A stretch of DNA of 62,110 nucleotides, filler included, from Basidioascus undulatus (taxonomy: Eukaryota): assembly GCA_000826855.1 (NCBI GenBank). It is 8 parts of 8 records of this genome, joined end to end, with 100 filler letters (N's around TTAATTAATTAA, not from the genome) between each part and the next. Parts side by side here need not be neighbours in the genome. Positions count along the whole stretch, not along the records: positions 48,417 to 52,917 come from JTLS01002138.1; positions 53,018 to 57,514 come from JTLS01002139.1; positions 57,615 to 62,110 come from JTLS01002140.1; 5 more parts are not named here. One strand, 5' to 3'. This document shows positions 48,417-60,424 of the stretch, one piece after another. Every line of letters starts with the position of its first letter. Within the stretch, counting starts at the first letter, position 1. The position numbers and the translations under genes were made by a program. Under the pieces are notes generated by a model, which ran no database searches, was not told where the DNA came from, and worked only from the letters and a program-made list of their open reading frames with translations.

Positions 48417-49455
48417 CTCCCCTCCCATTCCTTTCCCACCCCCTCCCCCCCCCCACCGCCGCCCCCCCTCCCCGTGACGCTCGCGCCCGAAGAAACCGAG
48501 CCGCTCCTGGCGCTGCTTAACCCGGCCTACCTCTCCGCGTCGACGCTCGAAACGCTGCGCAGCAAGTTCATCGAAGACTCGCATCTCGTTCTCGCAGACT
48601 GTACGTTCCTACCTTTCTCCTCCGAAAAGTAGCTCAATCTCCTCTTGTTGCGGCTCAGTCCTCCGCGCCGACGTCGCAGCGCAGCTCGAAAAGCTCATCA
48701 TCGCGCAAGACACGGCGGACGGGCTTCTCCGGCCCGAGCGCACGCTCCCCGCCCCCTCGCACGGTGGGAAAGCGTACACAGTCCCGCCGCACACAGCCGG
48801 CGAGGACGCCTCGTGGTCGCTCACGGGCCCTCCGCACATCCAGCGGTACCTGACTCTGACCGCGCCGCCCTCTCTCGCGCGGACGCAGCTCACCGCGCTG
48901 CTCGACTCGCTCCTCGCGCTCTTCTCCACCCCCGCGTTCCGAGCGCTCCTCGCGGCGCTGACGTCCCTTGCGCCCCTCGCGCACGCGACGGAGGCGCGCC
49001 GCTTCCGCCCCGGGCTAGATTACACGCTCGCGCGCGGGGAGCCGTCGTCCGGCTCTGCACGGCTGGACATGGGGCTCAGCCTCACGCCCGGGAACGATGC
49101 GGACTGGGAGGCGGGCGAGGTGGGCGGGTGGGACGCGTGGCTTGCGGCGGACGACGACTCGGACGAGGCGACGTATGGGGCTGGCGGGGGCGGCGTGGAT
49201 GGGGACGAGGACGATGGCCCGCTGCTTACCCTCCCTCCGCTGTGGAATCGCCTCCATTTGATCCTCCGCGACCCGGGCGTGCTAAGATTCGTTAAGTACT
49301 TGAGTGCACGGGCGCCTGGGCCGAGGTGGGATGTGGTGGGAGAGTGGGAGGTCGGGCATGTGGAGGAGGATGAAGGGGACGAGGACGCGGAGGGGGAGGT
49401 GGTGGATGAGTCTGCGGGGGAGGGGAAGAAGGAGGGGGAGAAGGAGACGGCATAG
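48417..49455 (+). CDS. TPA1: Prolyl 3,4-dihydroxylase Tpa1/Ofd1 (OGFOD1), C-terminal degradation domain only
   Basis: LNPAYLS...FIEDSHLVLADFLR, GPPHIQRY, ARRFRPGLDYTLA, EVGGWD, PPLWNRLHLILRDPGVLRFVKYLSARAPGPRWDV. Confidence 0.9.
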
Positions 49456-50685
49456 ATCGGGGGTGGATGGATTGCTTAGCTGCTTGGGCGCTTGTGAGTT
49501 TGAGCTAAAAAGAATATGTCCATTCTGCCAACTCGGTATGGGACACCGTGAAGTTCACCATCACTTTTCCTTTCCACTGTTAATACAGCCGTCTGACTGA
49601 TACTATATGCATCTATACGTCCTCAGTTTGCCCCCGGCGTGAACGTCATTAGGTAGTCCACCCTTTTATCGGATGCTCGCACCGTTGAATGTCGACTGAA
49701 CTCCGCATTTCCCGCAGCGCCTGGAGCACTTCCGACAGCGTGACGAAACGAACGCTATAAGCAGTACGAGCATGGCGACTCTAATATCGCTGGTTTCTAC
49801 CTCGTAGCTTACTCGCCCCATTACAACGATAACAGAAACGGCTCCCCGGCCAGCATTGCCAGCCTCCTCAGGTCGCTCTCCAACACTAACCGTATCTTTG
49901 ACACGGGCGGCTCGCGAACCAGCTCGGCTACAACGGGAACTTCTGAATGAGCTTGACTGCCAGCGCAAGATGACTCCTCAATTGGACGATAGCAGCTCGC
50001 AAACATTTTGGACTGTGGATATGTGATTGGATCTAGAAGCTTGAATAGGGATTCCTTGTGCTTTGGGATGAGTCGTTGTCGGTCTGTCAGTCTGGCTTGT
50101 GCAGTTTGCCCGGACATTCAAGCTACAGAGGGAAACTTGGGGGGGAGACTTCACCTTCACATAATTTGACCCAGACGTCTTTCTGAGTTTCGAGGCCTAC
50201 ACCGGGTAATGAGCGTCTATCTTCCCCGCATATTTGGGTAAAGATTTTCTCAACTAGCGCTCTTGTGTCCCATCCCACTTTGCTGCCTCCCGGCCAGTTC
50301 ATCTTCCCCATTCCATTCCGACCAATACGCTCTGCATACACGTTTCTTTTATTCTTCAAATTTTCACTACGACCCGCTTTCTTCCGGAAGTCCTTTCCGA
50401 CACAAACTGTGGCTGACTCATTTCTGCTGGTCGTCACGTCAGCCCATGGCCAGCCAGCGTCTCCTCAAAACATGTGGCTGTCATGACTGTTACACCCTTA
50501 AAAAGCTGTGACCATATCTCTTAAAGCAACATACTGGTTGCTTTTGACGATTAGACATGGGCACCAGTAGCGTCTGTGACTCTGCGGTGAACTGGGTGAA
50601 TGCAATGCAATTTGGCTGATTCAGCAACTCCCATTGCCGAACTGCCGTTGCGATGCAGCCCTACGTCCATTGGCGTTTTACAGCG

Positions 50686-52077
50686 ATGTCGAAAATGTCG
50701 AAACAAAACAAAGACACTTATGCGTATTCTCAGGAGATCACGCAGATGGTAGGATCCGGATCTTGATGCTCTGCGAAGAGATCATGCTGATTCCGTGTGG
50801 GGACGGCGCAGATGTTCGTGTTCGGCGAAGTGCAAGACCCGATGCCTGAAACAATCCACCTCGTCGAAGACATCTGTCGAAGCCAGATTATCGAGCTTGT
50901 GTGTATATTAGATCGCTTAGTCTCCTCCCTACCCAAGGCTTAACTCTCGTCCCTTCCAAAGGTGACTCAAGCGCGCACGCTCGCGCTCCGACGCAACTCG
51001 CGCTCGCCCGCGCCCGAGGACCTCATCTTCCTCATCCGCTACGACCGCGCCAAGGTGAACCGCCTGCGCACGTACCTCAGTTGGAAGGACGTGCGCAAGA
51101 ACGCGAAGGACTCGGAGGGCGGCGGGGCGGAGATCGAGCTGGACGAGGGCGCGGCTGGTCCGTCTTCCTTCACTTTTCACCCTTGTCTACCGCGTTTAAT
51201 TGGCGGAACGTACTAACCAAGAATGTGATATGATTATGGGGATAAGATAAAATGACGGCAAAAGCGAGCAAGATGTCGATCAAGCTCCCCTGGGAGCTGA
51301 CGACGATCTACTCCGAGCACCTGAAGAAGGCGGGCGACTCGGACGACGAGGAGATGGACGAGGACGAGGTTGAGGCGCACGAGGACAGCTTGCGGCGGCT
51401 GAGGGCGCGTCGGTCCCCCATCTGTCTTCGATCTGACGCCGGCTGACTAGGGCTACAGGAAGCGGACGAGGCGACGCGGCGCATGTCGCGAGAGGAGTAC
51501 GTGCACTATTCGGAGTGCCGTCAGGCGTCGTTTACCTTCCGCAAAGGTGCGTCTTCAAGCTCTATCGAGATTCCACTTGCAAAGTAGCTCACCTGGCATC
51601 TCATCCTATCCAGCCAAGCGCTTCCGCGAATGGGCGAACCTCTCGGCGCACCTGGATGTGAAGCCCTCTGACGAGCTGACCGACACGCTCGGCTTCCTCG
51701 CGTTCGAGATCGTGCGCTCCCTCTGCGTCGCCGGCCTCGAAGTGAAGCGCATCCTCGAGCGCGGCGATAGCAGCAGCAGCAGCGATCCCTCCTCCTACTC
51801 CTCCGACCCTCCCAACTCCTCCCCCTCTTCCGGCGACAACTCCGCCAAGCGAAAAGCCGAGCACGAAGGCGCGGCCGAGGGCGCGCCAGAGCAGAAGAAG
51901 GGGCCGGGCGGGAACTTGTTCGCGCTCCCTAGCACGGCGCGCACACCGCTCACGCCCGCTCATATCCAGGAGGCGTTCACGCGGATGCAGCGGGAGAGGG
52001 CGAACGCGCGCCTGGCGGGGATGCGCAACTTCCGGGGGACCGCCGGGCTTGTGCGGACACGAGTAGGGTTGATATAG
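50686..52077 (+). CDS. SPT3: SAGA complex subunit Spt3, multi-exon
   Basis: YSQEITQM/MFVFGEVQDP...LVEDICRSQ/...EDLIFLIRYDRAKVNRLRTYLSWKDVRKNAKD/...LPWE.../EADEATRRMSREEYVHYSECRQASFTFRK/AKRFREW...LGFLAFEIV. One GC-AG intron at 51405-51458. Confidence 0.95.
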
Positions 52078-52229
52078 TCTCAGAGCGCCCAGTTTCCTCC
52101 TTCTTTTTCGTCACTGTATTCGTGGCATTCGCATATTCACTTGCATGTTGTACTTGATGTCCTCATTCGCACACATGGATACCACCGGCGCGCACACGCA
52201 GGTGAGAATAAGCAATCTAAGATAGACGT

Positions 52230-52904
52230 CTAAGCCAGTGCCGCTCCGCCGTCCGCGCCATCCACCCCACTCCGCGGCGGGGGCGGCGGGACGTCCCCCT
52301 CCCCGTCGTCGCCCTCCATCCCGGCGGCCGCCTTCCTCCTCGCGCGCGCCGCCGCCCCGCCGGTCGGGAGGCCCGCGAACTTGTCCCTGAGGCTCTGGTA
52401 CTTCCTCATTTGTGCGGCGCTCACACTAGGCGAGACCTTCGCGAGCGCGGCCTCAAAGTGTTCGAGCGTGACGGCGATCTCGCCTTCCTCCCCATCCTCG
52501 TCGGCGAACTCGATGCGCTTGCCAGGGACGTGCTTCTCGTCACTGAGCGCGCCCGCGCGCTGCAGGGTCGCGCGGAGGGCGAGGACCGCCGCCTCGCGCG
52601 TGAGCGCCGCGAGGTCCGCGCCGCTGAAGCCTGTGCACTTGTCCGAGTGGACGAGGTCCTCGAGGTGCGCGAGGGTACCGGGGGCGAGGGGCGTCTTGCG
52701 CGTGTGCGTGCGCAGGACGTCTGCGCGCTCCGAGGGCGAGGGGAGGTCCACGTAGAGCAGCTTGTCCAGTCGTCCTGGGCGAACCATCGCCGGGTCGATC
52801 ATGTCGGGGCGGTTGGTCGCGCCGATCACGAAGACTTGCTTGCGCGATTCGAGCCCGTCGAGCTCGGTTAGGAGCGTGTTTACTACGCGGGCGGAGGCTT
52901 CGGA
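52230..52904 (-). CDS. RIX7: AAA+ ATPase Rix7/NVL, last exon (D2 domain C-terminal part)
   Basis: SEASARVVNTLLTELDGLESRKQVFVIGATNRPDMIDPAMVRPGRLDKLLYVDLP...CTGFSGADLAAL. RVVNTLLTELDG and RLDKLLYV fit Rix7 better than Cdc48 or Pex6. Confidence 0.85.
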   Translation of the reverse strand, partial: SEASARVVNTLLTELDGLESRKQVFVIGATNRPDMIDPAMVRPGRLDKLLYVDLPSPSERADVLRTHTRKTPLAPGTLAHLEDLVHSDKCTGFSGADLAALTREAAVLALRATLQRAGALSDEKHVPGKRIEFADEDGEEGEIAVTLEHFEAALAKVSPSVSAAQMRKYQSLRDKFAGLPTGGAAARARRKAAAGMEGDDGEGDVPPPPPRSGVDGADGGAALA

Positions 52905-52917
52905 CTGGGAGGGTGGG

Positions 52918-53017
52918 NNNNNNNNNNNNNNNNNNNNNNNNNNNNNNNNNNNNNNNNNNNNTTAATTAATTAANNNNNNNNNNNNNNNNNNNNNNNNNNN
53001 NNNNNNNNNNNNNNNNN
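52918..53017. other. Artificial contig spacer
   Basis: 44 N + TTAATTAATTAA + 44 N. Confidence 0.98.
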
Positions 53018-56000
53018 TCAAGCGAGACGGACCGGGAAGGAGCTTCTCCCGCCGTTGTGGGCGAAGGCGGAGACGCCGTTTTCGGCGAGGGAGCGAGCGT
53101 CGCGCTTCACCTTCGACCATCGGCGCCGCAGCGTGAGGACAATGGCAGAGTCCTCTTTGGCTCTCTGGCCCGCGCCCGGTGGGACCGCGTCGGGGTTCGT
53201 CAGAGTATCGCCTTTCTTAAGAGGCAGCCACGGCTCGGGCAGGACGCCCGTAAGCGCGGGATGTCCGTATCGTCGCCGGCCGGTGTTGAGGACTGCGAAA
53301 GGCGCGTGTCAGCGTCGTCCGCAATGATACGTAGCGAGCCACGCACCTCCGTGGTACCAGAAGCTCATCGGCGGCTGCGAGTAACTGCGAGCGGATGCGC
53401 GTGAGTACGAAGATCGAGGTTGTGAAGAAGCACGCAAACATAGTGTACTCGGTCTTGTCCGTCTCGGGAGCTACGTAGAGCGTCGCATCGTTCATAGCGT
53501 ACCGCCGGCGGTTCAGGTTACTGCAAGGGACGGTGAATAGCCGCTTGCTTAGTCCATGAGATGACAGACTCACGTCTGCGAGCGCGATACGGGATGTCCG
53601 CTGCGCAAGCGAATGAGGTCGGTCGGGTCGTTGCCCCGCTGGACCTCGTAGATGGAGCTCAAGCTGCGAAATGCGAAAATGAGCAGACATCCGGATTACT
53701 CGCGGCGATCCTTCGAGACGCACTTTACGTATTTGCTGAGGCCCTTGAACTCCTTGTGCGTGTTGTACGACCAGATGACGGTCCCAGCAACGAGGGGCAC
53801 CATGAGCGTCGTGTAGAGGAAGGCGCCCTGAAGAGTGAAGAGACCGACTGCACGAACCGAGCTGCGTCAGCGATGCACCGGTGTCGCTAAGCGCGCGACT
53901 TACTCATGAATAGCTGGAAGATGACAATCCCCCAAACGCAGCGCGCGTAGGTGATTGGCCAAGCCTGTCCGTTGCTCTCCCAGGGCTTGTAGTAGATGAA
54001 GAGGAGCTTGTACTGCAGACGGGTGCAAAAAACGTGAGACAGCGCCGCAATCATTCGAGGCAAGATCAGCCGCCGCACCTTGTAGACGAGGTACGCCATG
54101 CCGAAGTAGATAGCGCTGAACACGAGGATGAGGGGCGAGATAATGCTGTATAACAGGCCGATGACGAAGACGAGGATCGCCGGGGGGTACACGGCGCCGT
54201 AGTTGAGCTGCGGCGGAGCGTTGAGCTCGGCGTAGTCTACGGGCGGAGACGAATCAGCGGTTGCATAGACGAAGCACTTGAACGGCAACGGACCTCGAGG
54301 TGTGCGGGTGAAGATCATGTAGAACATGCGCGGGACGATGATGCCCAGCTGCAATAGCTGAAGGGGCATGACGCCAACACCTGCAGCTGAGGGTCAGCAA
54401 CAAACCGGTGATTGTTCAGTCACTGCAAACGTACCTTGCAGGATCACGTAGGACAAGAAGAAATGCCTGCCGACAAAGTCATCGTGAGTCCGCGAGGTCG
54501 AAAGGCAACAGAGTGAGATGCACGCACCGAGCCTTCGCCGCTTTCAGACTCTGCGCAAGCCTGTCCGGAATCTTGAGCGGCTATCGAATTGAGCTGAGAG
54601 TTCAGCCTTCCTGTGCTTCCGATCTCCTCTCGAGACACTGAACGCTCACCGCATCGGCAAGCTCCTTCGCCATGAGGTACGTGCTGGCCGTGATGAAGAC
54701 GAAGACGACCGCTGCTCACCAACGGCCCAATATCAGCGCCCGGTTCATTAACTCGCAGTTCTTGAAGCACGCACTGATGAGCAGGACGAGGAAGTACTTT
54801 TTGAGCAGGCTGTACTCGATATGACTCCGTGCGCGCAGGCCTTGGAAGTACGACAGCCCTAGGAGTCCGTCGGCACAGCATCAGAACGCAATGTTTCGCA
54901 CGTGATGAGGACAGAGCAACGAACAGTCAAGGAAGAACGGCAGCAGTGCGTTGAACGCGATAAGCGCCGTCGATGGCAGCGAGGTTTGGACGAGCGCGCG
55001 AACGGCCTGTAGGACATGAGATGAGCACGCAGTGAACTTGAGATGCTTCTTTCGGGAGCCCGCGACGCACCGGGTACTTTTCGATCATCTTCGCAAGCCA
55101 AGGCGCGACCCTCTTGATCTATCCTCCCCACCGAAGTTCAGCGCCATCACTCCCGAGACGACGAAGTCACCACGGGGCTTACCTGCTTGTACGACAGCAA
55201 GCTCGCCAATCCCGTGACGGGCACGGACCAGAAGAGGAGGATGAACGCGACGATGGTGTAGACGATGAACTCGCGGACGCGGATGTTGCGCGGGCTCAGC
55301 GCGACGTTCTCCCACACGATGTCGCGCGGCTCGGGCGCGGGGCGCGTCAGGCACTGGCCGGGGTTTGGGTTGTGCACGACTTGGGAGGCGATTTGCTGTG
55401 TGGGTTAGAGGGGTGGCATTGTCAGTGAGGTTTAGTGGGAGCAGATGAGCTCGAAGGTGTACGGTGTGAGCGGCGTCAGCGAAGGTCACGAACGCGACCA
55501 TGGTCGACTTGAACCGCGCCTTAGCCCGCTTCGCCTTGACAGCCTCGTTCAGCTCCACTGTAGCAAAAGCAACACATACTGTCAGCATCTACCTGCCGCA
55601 CCAGCGATTATGTGCAGGGACGTACCGAACTGCTTGGTCAAGTACTCGATCTTGTCCACCTTGGCGCCGCACGCCCACCACCTCGGCCGCATCGTAGGTC
55701 GCTTCCGGTTGGGCACGATGAGCCGTCCGGGTTGCGCCTGCGCCTGCGCCTCGGGATCGGGGGAGCCGGGGCGCGAGGACGACGCTGGAACGGGTTGAAG
55801 CGAAGAGGTATCGACAGAGGAAGGGCTGCATTGACAAGCTCTGTTAGCACACGTCGGCGCAACGGCGAGGGGAAGGAAAACAGTTCGCACTTTCCGAGGT
55901 ATGCCGTCCATGCGTCCTCGAGCTTCAGGAGCGCGGCGGTACGCCGCTCGAGAAGCTTGCTGAGCGCGCCGATTTCGCGGACGCACGAGACGCTCTCGAC

Positions 56001-57293
56001 GGTCATGTCCATGCTCTCAAAGTACTCGGCCCTGCATCCACCGCACCCTGTAAGCCGCGTCCTTCCCCCCGTCGACAACGAGCCCGACTCACAGTGCGCG
56101 ATCGCTTCGAAGGTGCACCGGCAGCTGCTCGATGAGCACCGTCCGCGCGGGAATGGAGTGCAGTAGCTCGAGGCTGAAGATCTGGCGCTGGCGGATGAAG
56201 CGGCGGTAGTTGGTGTAGAGGAAGCGGAGCGCGAGGAGCGAGAAGAAGAACGTGAATGCCAACTGCACACCCTGGTACGCGTCCGCGTTCTCGAGCGAGA
56301 AGTTGTCGAGCCAGCGGCGCCACTCGGGGCGGTGGTCCTTCGCGAGCGTGTCGATCAGGGGCGTCAGGACAACGGGTGCGGAGACGGAGCGCCGGGAGAG
56401 GGAGGGCGAGAGGAGCGCGAAGGTAGAGTTGTCCGCTTCGTCGTCGTCATCGGCGCCTTCCCAGGAGCCGTTGTGCTGAGAATGAGAGGTCAGGTGTAAG
56501 CGTGAGGATTGGAGGAGGCTGGCAGTGCGTGCTGTGCACCTTGTAGTTGATCGGGATGAGGATCACGAGAGCTGCCATGCTGGCGACACTGAAGAACCAG
56601 AACGACATTTTGAAGAAGTTGAGGAGCTATGACCGTTCTTCTCAAGTAACTCAGTATCGCATCATGAACGATCCTTGGGGCCGACGCACCACAGCGGCAT
56701 CTGCAATTCCGCATGCTGTGAGCATCAATCCTGTGCAGCTTCATTCTGAACAGCGGGACATACCGAGTCCCACAATCTGAAGAACCGTGTACTCGCTTGT
56801 CCGCAAGGTCGGTCCCAGCCACCCAAAGAAAGAAGACGTGTCGTGTGCCTCGTGCGGGGAGAAGCCTGCCGGACAAAAACACGGGTCAGTGCTGTCGCTT
56901 GGGCGCACTCGACTGGCCCTCAAGCCAGACCATTTCCAGTGGTCTCCGTATAATTCCCGAACCATGGCCGCTTTCACCAAAGAGTATGAGAGATCGGCGC
57001 TCACCTCGCAGCTTAGTCCTCGGCGCGAACAGCACGGTCCACCTCGTCCGCAACCAGCAGAACAGCAAGAAGCTGATCACGCCGAGCGTGAGCGCGAGGG
57101 TGATCTGCGTCTGAAGCCATGGCCCGTCATATCGGTCTGCACCAGTCACCAATGCATTCCTTTAGCACAGCGCTCTATCCGCTGATCGCTGTGCGGATCA
57201 AGGGGCATGATCGGCGGACGTGAACGCACGGGTAGGGGGTAGCCCCGGCTGATTCTCCTCGTCAAAGGCGACGAACCACGGCTGAGATGCCAT
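53018..57293 (-). CDS. CSC1/OSCA/TMEM63 (Rsn1/Phm7-like) calcium-permeable stress-gated cation channel, 3' end truncated
   Basis: RYDGPWLQTQITLAL...LFAPRTKLR, VLQIVGLDAAVLLNFF, AFVTFADA, PAPEPRDIVWENV, LNYGAVYPPAILVFVIGLLYSIISPLIL, YKLLFIYYKPWESNGQAWP. Confidence 0.92.
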
Positions 57294-57514
57294 TACCCGT
57301 CAGTCCCTTTAGAGTGATGTGATGGATGATGTTCTGAGAGGATGAGTGCAGCAGTTGATGGAGGGCACCAGGAGCGGAACCGACCAGCTCTCGGGCCGCT
57401 GACGTCGCGCGACTGACAAGATGCGGTCGCTTCGCAGCCGCTGAAATTGCGGTCGCAGTGCAGCCTCGACATTCTTGCCTTTCGACTCTGACATTCCTTC
57501 TTTTGCTTTTAATT

Positions 57515-57614
57515 NNNNNNNNNNNNNNNNNNNNNNNNNNNNNNNNNNNNNNNNNNNNTTAATTAATTAANNNNNNNNNNNNNNNNNNNNNNNNNNNNNN
57601 NNNNNNNNNNNNNN
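57515..57614. other. Artificial contig spacer
   Basis: 44 N + TTAATTAATTAA + 44 N. Confidence 0.98.
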
Positions 57615-57618
57615 TATG

Positions 57619-57692
57619 TCTTTGGTGGCGCAATTGGTTAGCGCGTCCGACTGTTAATCGGGAGGTTGTGAGTTCAAGTCTCACCTGAAGAG
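57619..57692 (+). tRNA. tRNA-Asn(GTT), intronless
   Basis: Acceptor TCTTTGG/CTGAAGA, D stem GCGC/GCGC, anticodon arm TCCGA-CTGTTAA-TCGGG, T arm GTGAG-TTCAAGT-CTCAC, discriminator G. Confidence 0.92.
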
Positions 57693-57706
57693 TTTTTTTT
57701 TTTTTT
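57693..57706 (+). terminator. RNA polymerase III oligo-dT terminator (T14)
   Basis: T run immediately after tRNA-Asn. Confidence 0.85.
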
Positions 57707-59149
57707 GCATACGTTTGCCTGTGCAAGGCAGCCAAAGTAAGCGATAGTCATTTTAAACAGTTGCGAAGCCGCGAAGGAAGACGAGAAGACGCAGGCCTGT
57801 CGCCCCTTCTTCTGCCAGCGCCTCGAACCCCGCCCCTTAGGCGATCTTTGATCACAGGAGATTTTGGAACTATCTGACTCTTCAAGTGGCTTGTGTTCGG
57901 CCAAAGAAATGAATCGTGACCAACCTTAGCGCCTGTGTACACGGTAAAAACTACAGGGCTGCTTCTCTGCCTGTCTGTTTACAGTCGCTCCGATGCTGGG
58001 CTTTTACTTCACTCCGATGTCCAAAAACACAACAAGCCTTGGATGATTTTGAGTAAAAGAGGTTTCCTGTGCAGTGAAACAGCAGCGGCTTGAACTGGTG
58101 CGGTCAGTATTACTCAGCTGCTGTGAAGCACACTCATTGTCATTGTTAGGACAAGTGTCGACTTCTTCCTGTCCGGACTTATCCAAGGTCAATTTTTTTT
58201 TCGAAAGTTGTTGAAAAGAAAAGATTGTTCGGTGACGCTCGTGCGCCTGTCGACAAGTGTCGATCATAAGGACGCGGTGCACTTTTTCTCCTCCTTCCAG
58301 CCATCCTCAAAGCGCCTGAAGCCCTGAACTGGCTCCGTAAGGTTCTTTTCTTCAGGCCGGTGCTTTTGCAATATGCATCCGAGGCAAATATGCAACGCTC
58401 GTCTTCGCGAACTCTGCCAAAATCACTCATTTGTCTTGCAGTAGCGTCGTTCAGCCGCCTCCTACACGTGTACCAGCTAAGGTCATCCGCGAGGTACAGG
58501 CGAACCCGACTAACTGCCGGGGCTAGCACTGAACTCTGATCTACGTAATTGAAGATCGCTAACGACAGGAACAGGGCAAAGGCTTCCCGATCCGCGGGTA
58601 TGGGATTTCTGAAGGGAAGGCTTGAACATCGCTCTGAGCCACGAAGGCGCGAAGGCAGACTCGCAGATATTGGCCTGCCTGCGGACTAGCGATCAGTTGG
58701 GCGGGAGTCAACCTTGCCCATATTGATCCTCTAGGTATCCCGGTCTCTGGAGATTGAACTGTTTCTGGGTTGCTGGGGGCCTGGCGTTGTTCGCGGCGCA
58801 GCGTGCTGGGAACCTAGTTGCACATGACGGGGCGGGGTAGAACAACTCTGCTTCACAGTGATGGTACTAAGACCATTCCTTCGGGCAGCCTTACTGATGT
58901 TTTCCGGGGTCTAATGTTAGTTTCCAGTGCCCACTTCGATGTGGAGCACGCTGTCAGTGTGAACAGCGCCAGAGCCGGGCGCCGTTTCTCTCAATCGAAA
59001 TGTCGGGGGCTGAGTCGTCCTTGCTCTATACTTCGCCTCACATGGAGACTGTATACATGGCTTCAGAAGGTCGGTGCTATCAACATGCCCAGCTTCATGA
59101 CGTCTCCATTTTTAGTACCAACTGTCCCCACTGCGTCGGTTTAACCTGT

Positions 59150-59745
59150 CCTCGCCTGGTGGGGGCGGCAGGCTACGCAAGTTCCACCGGCAGCAATCAA
59201 TCGTTCTTCTGCTGACCACCTGGATTGGGATCCTGCTATGGCTGTGGTCCGCAGTTTGAGCTCACTCACTGACTAACACCTCAGTATGCCCGACAGATTT
59301 GAATCTTGGATTCTCAGCAAGAGCGGCAGACATGCTTCCGCCGCGTCGGTTCAACCAGTCCTCCCCTGGTCCTGTCCGGACAGCCCCAGCAAATTCACCA
59401 TCAACCCGGGATCATTCACCCTTCGGCCGACTACCTGCCTTGATCGACTAGCATGAATACGGGTGCGCAGTGTGAGCTCTATCAGTGAATAGCACCTCAG
59501 CGCTGCACCATAGAGCTGAATGAGTACCATAGGCTCCCATTGTACCGGTCTAGCCAGTTCTTAGATACCTGGACCTGGTGGGCCCGACAGCCTCAGCAAG
59601 TTTGCCAGCAAACCGGAAGCAGTCACGCTACTGCCGACTGCCTGGCTGGATCGTCTACCATGAATGTGGGTGCGCAGTCTGAGCTCAATCAGTGATTAGC
59701 ACCTCAACGTGACCAGCAGACTTGAATCTCGGATTTCCAGTGAGC
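59150..59745 (+). repeat. Three ~210-bp degenerate tandem units, each with a homologous 50-51-nt GT-AG intron
   Basis: Introns 59247-59296, 59463-59513, 59670-59719 share GTSCGCAGTNTGAGCTCNNTCASTGANTARCACCTCA. Flanking exon sequence is also related (CCTGGT...CAGCAAGTT...GCCGAC...ATG). Confidence 0.8.
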
Positions 59746-60424
59746 CAGAGCAGCGAAGGGTCTTGTCGAGCCATGTCAGCTGTGTCCAGTTTGAGCATCG
59801 CTGCCAAAGGATGGAACACAGTTACTGATCTGTTCGTGTTGATTATGCATGTCAGGTGAACATTCCCATGAGAATGTCTATGAGTTCCGTCATCTTACAA
59901 CAGGGACTCCTTTCACGGTCTACCGCTATCATCAAGACAGGACTTGCAATCTTGCAGAACGGATATTCAGACTGCAGCCATTCAGGCGGACGTCTAACAC
60001 GGCAGCAAACAGTTAGTCAGTCGACAATACAAGGCGAAAGGTTTTTACCAGGGTCTGTACATGTACCTTCAGTGCGTTTTACAAGGTACTCCGACAGTCA
60101 GGTCCAGAGGTACTCTGGCCCCGGAAATTTTTCTACGGTTTGGGCGGACTCAAGGACAGAGTTGAAACAGACACCAGGGTTTGCATCGCTTTCGTACAAG
60201 ATGGTGGGGGTACGCTTTCACATGGGTGCTGTTGCCAGCAAGGAAAGTCATTCCAGAACCTGTGGGAAGATGGGAGGGAAGACGACGCAGCGGCATTCAG
60301 CAGACTTTCTCCACTCGTTAAGCCATCCTCCCAGGCTGAATACGGCTTCCTTGAGCAGGTCGGACGAAGACCCTTCCTGTTGTCCGTACTACGGACAATC
60401 ACGACGATAATACTTGGCAATTGA
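59150..60424 (+). pseudogene. Decayed orphan gene containing the internal repeats
   Basis: Spliced repeat exons read QQIHHQPG...ADYLP*STSMNT/ELN...QQVCQQTG...ADCLAGSSTMNV/DLNLGF, followed by a long exon (EHSHENVYEFRHL...) with TAG at 60014. TGA at 59441 aligns with GGA in the next unit. Boundaries approximate. Confidence 0.45.

Noticed and set aside
5703..57293. Calcium-signalling cluster (CCH1 plus CSC1/OSCA channel)
   Set aside because: The genes are on different contigs separated by artificial spacers.
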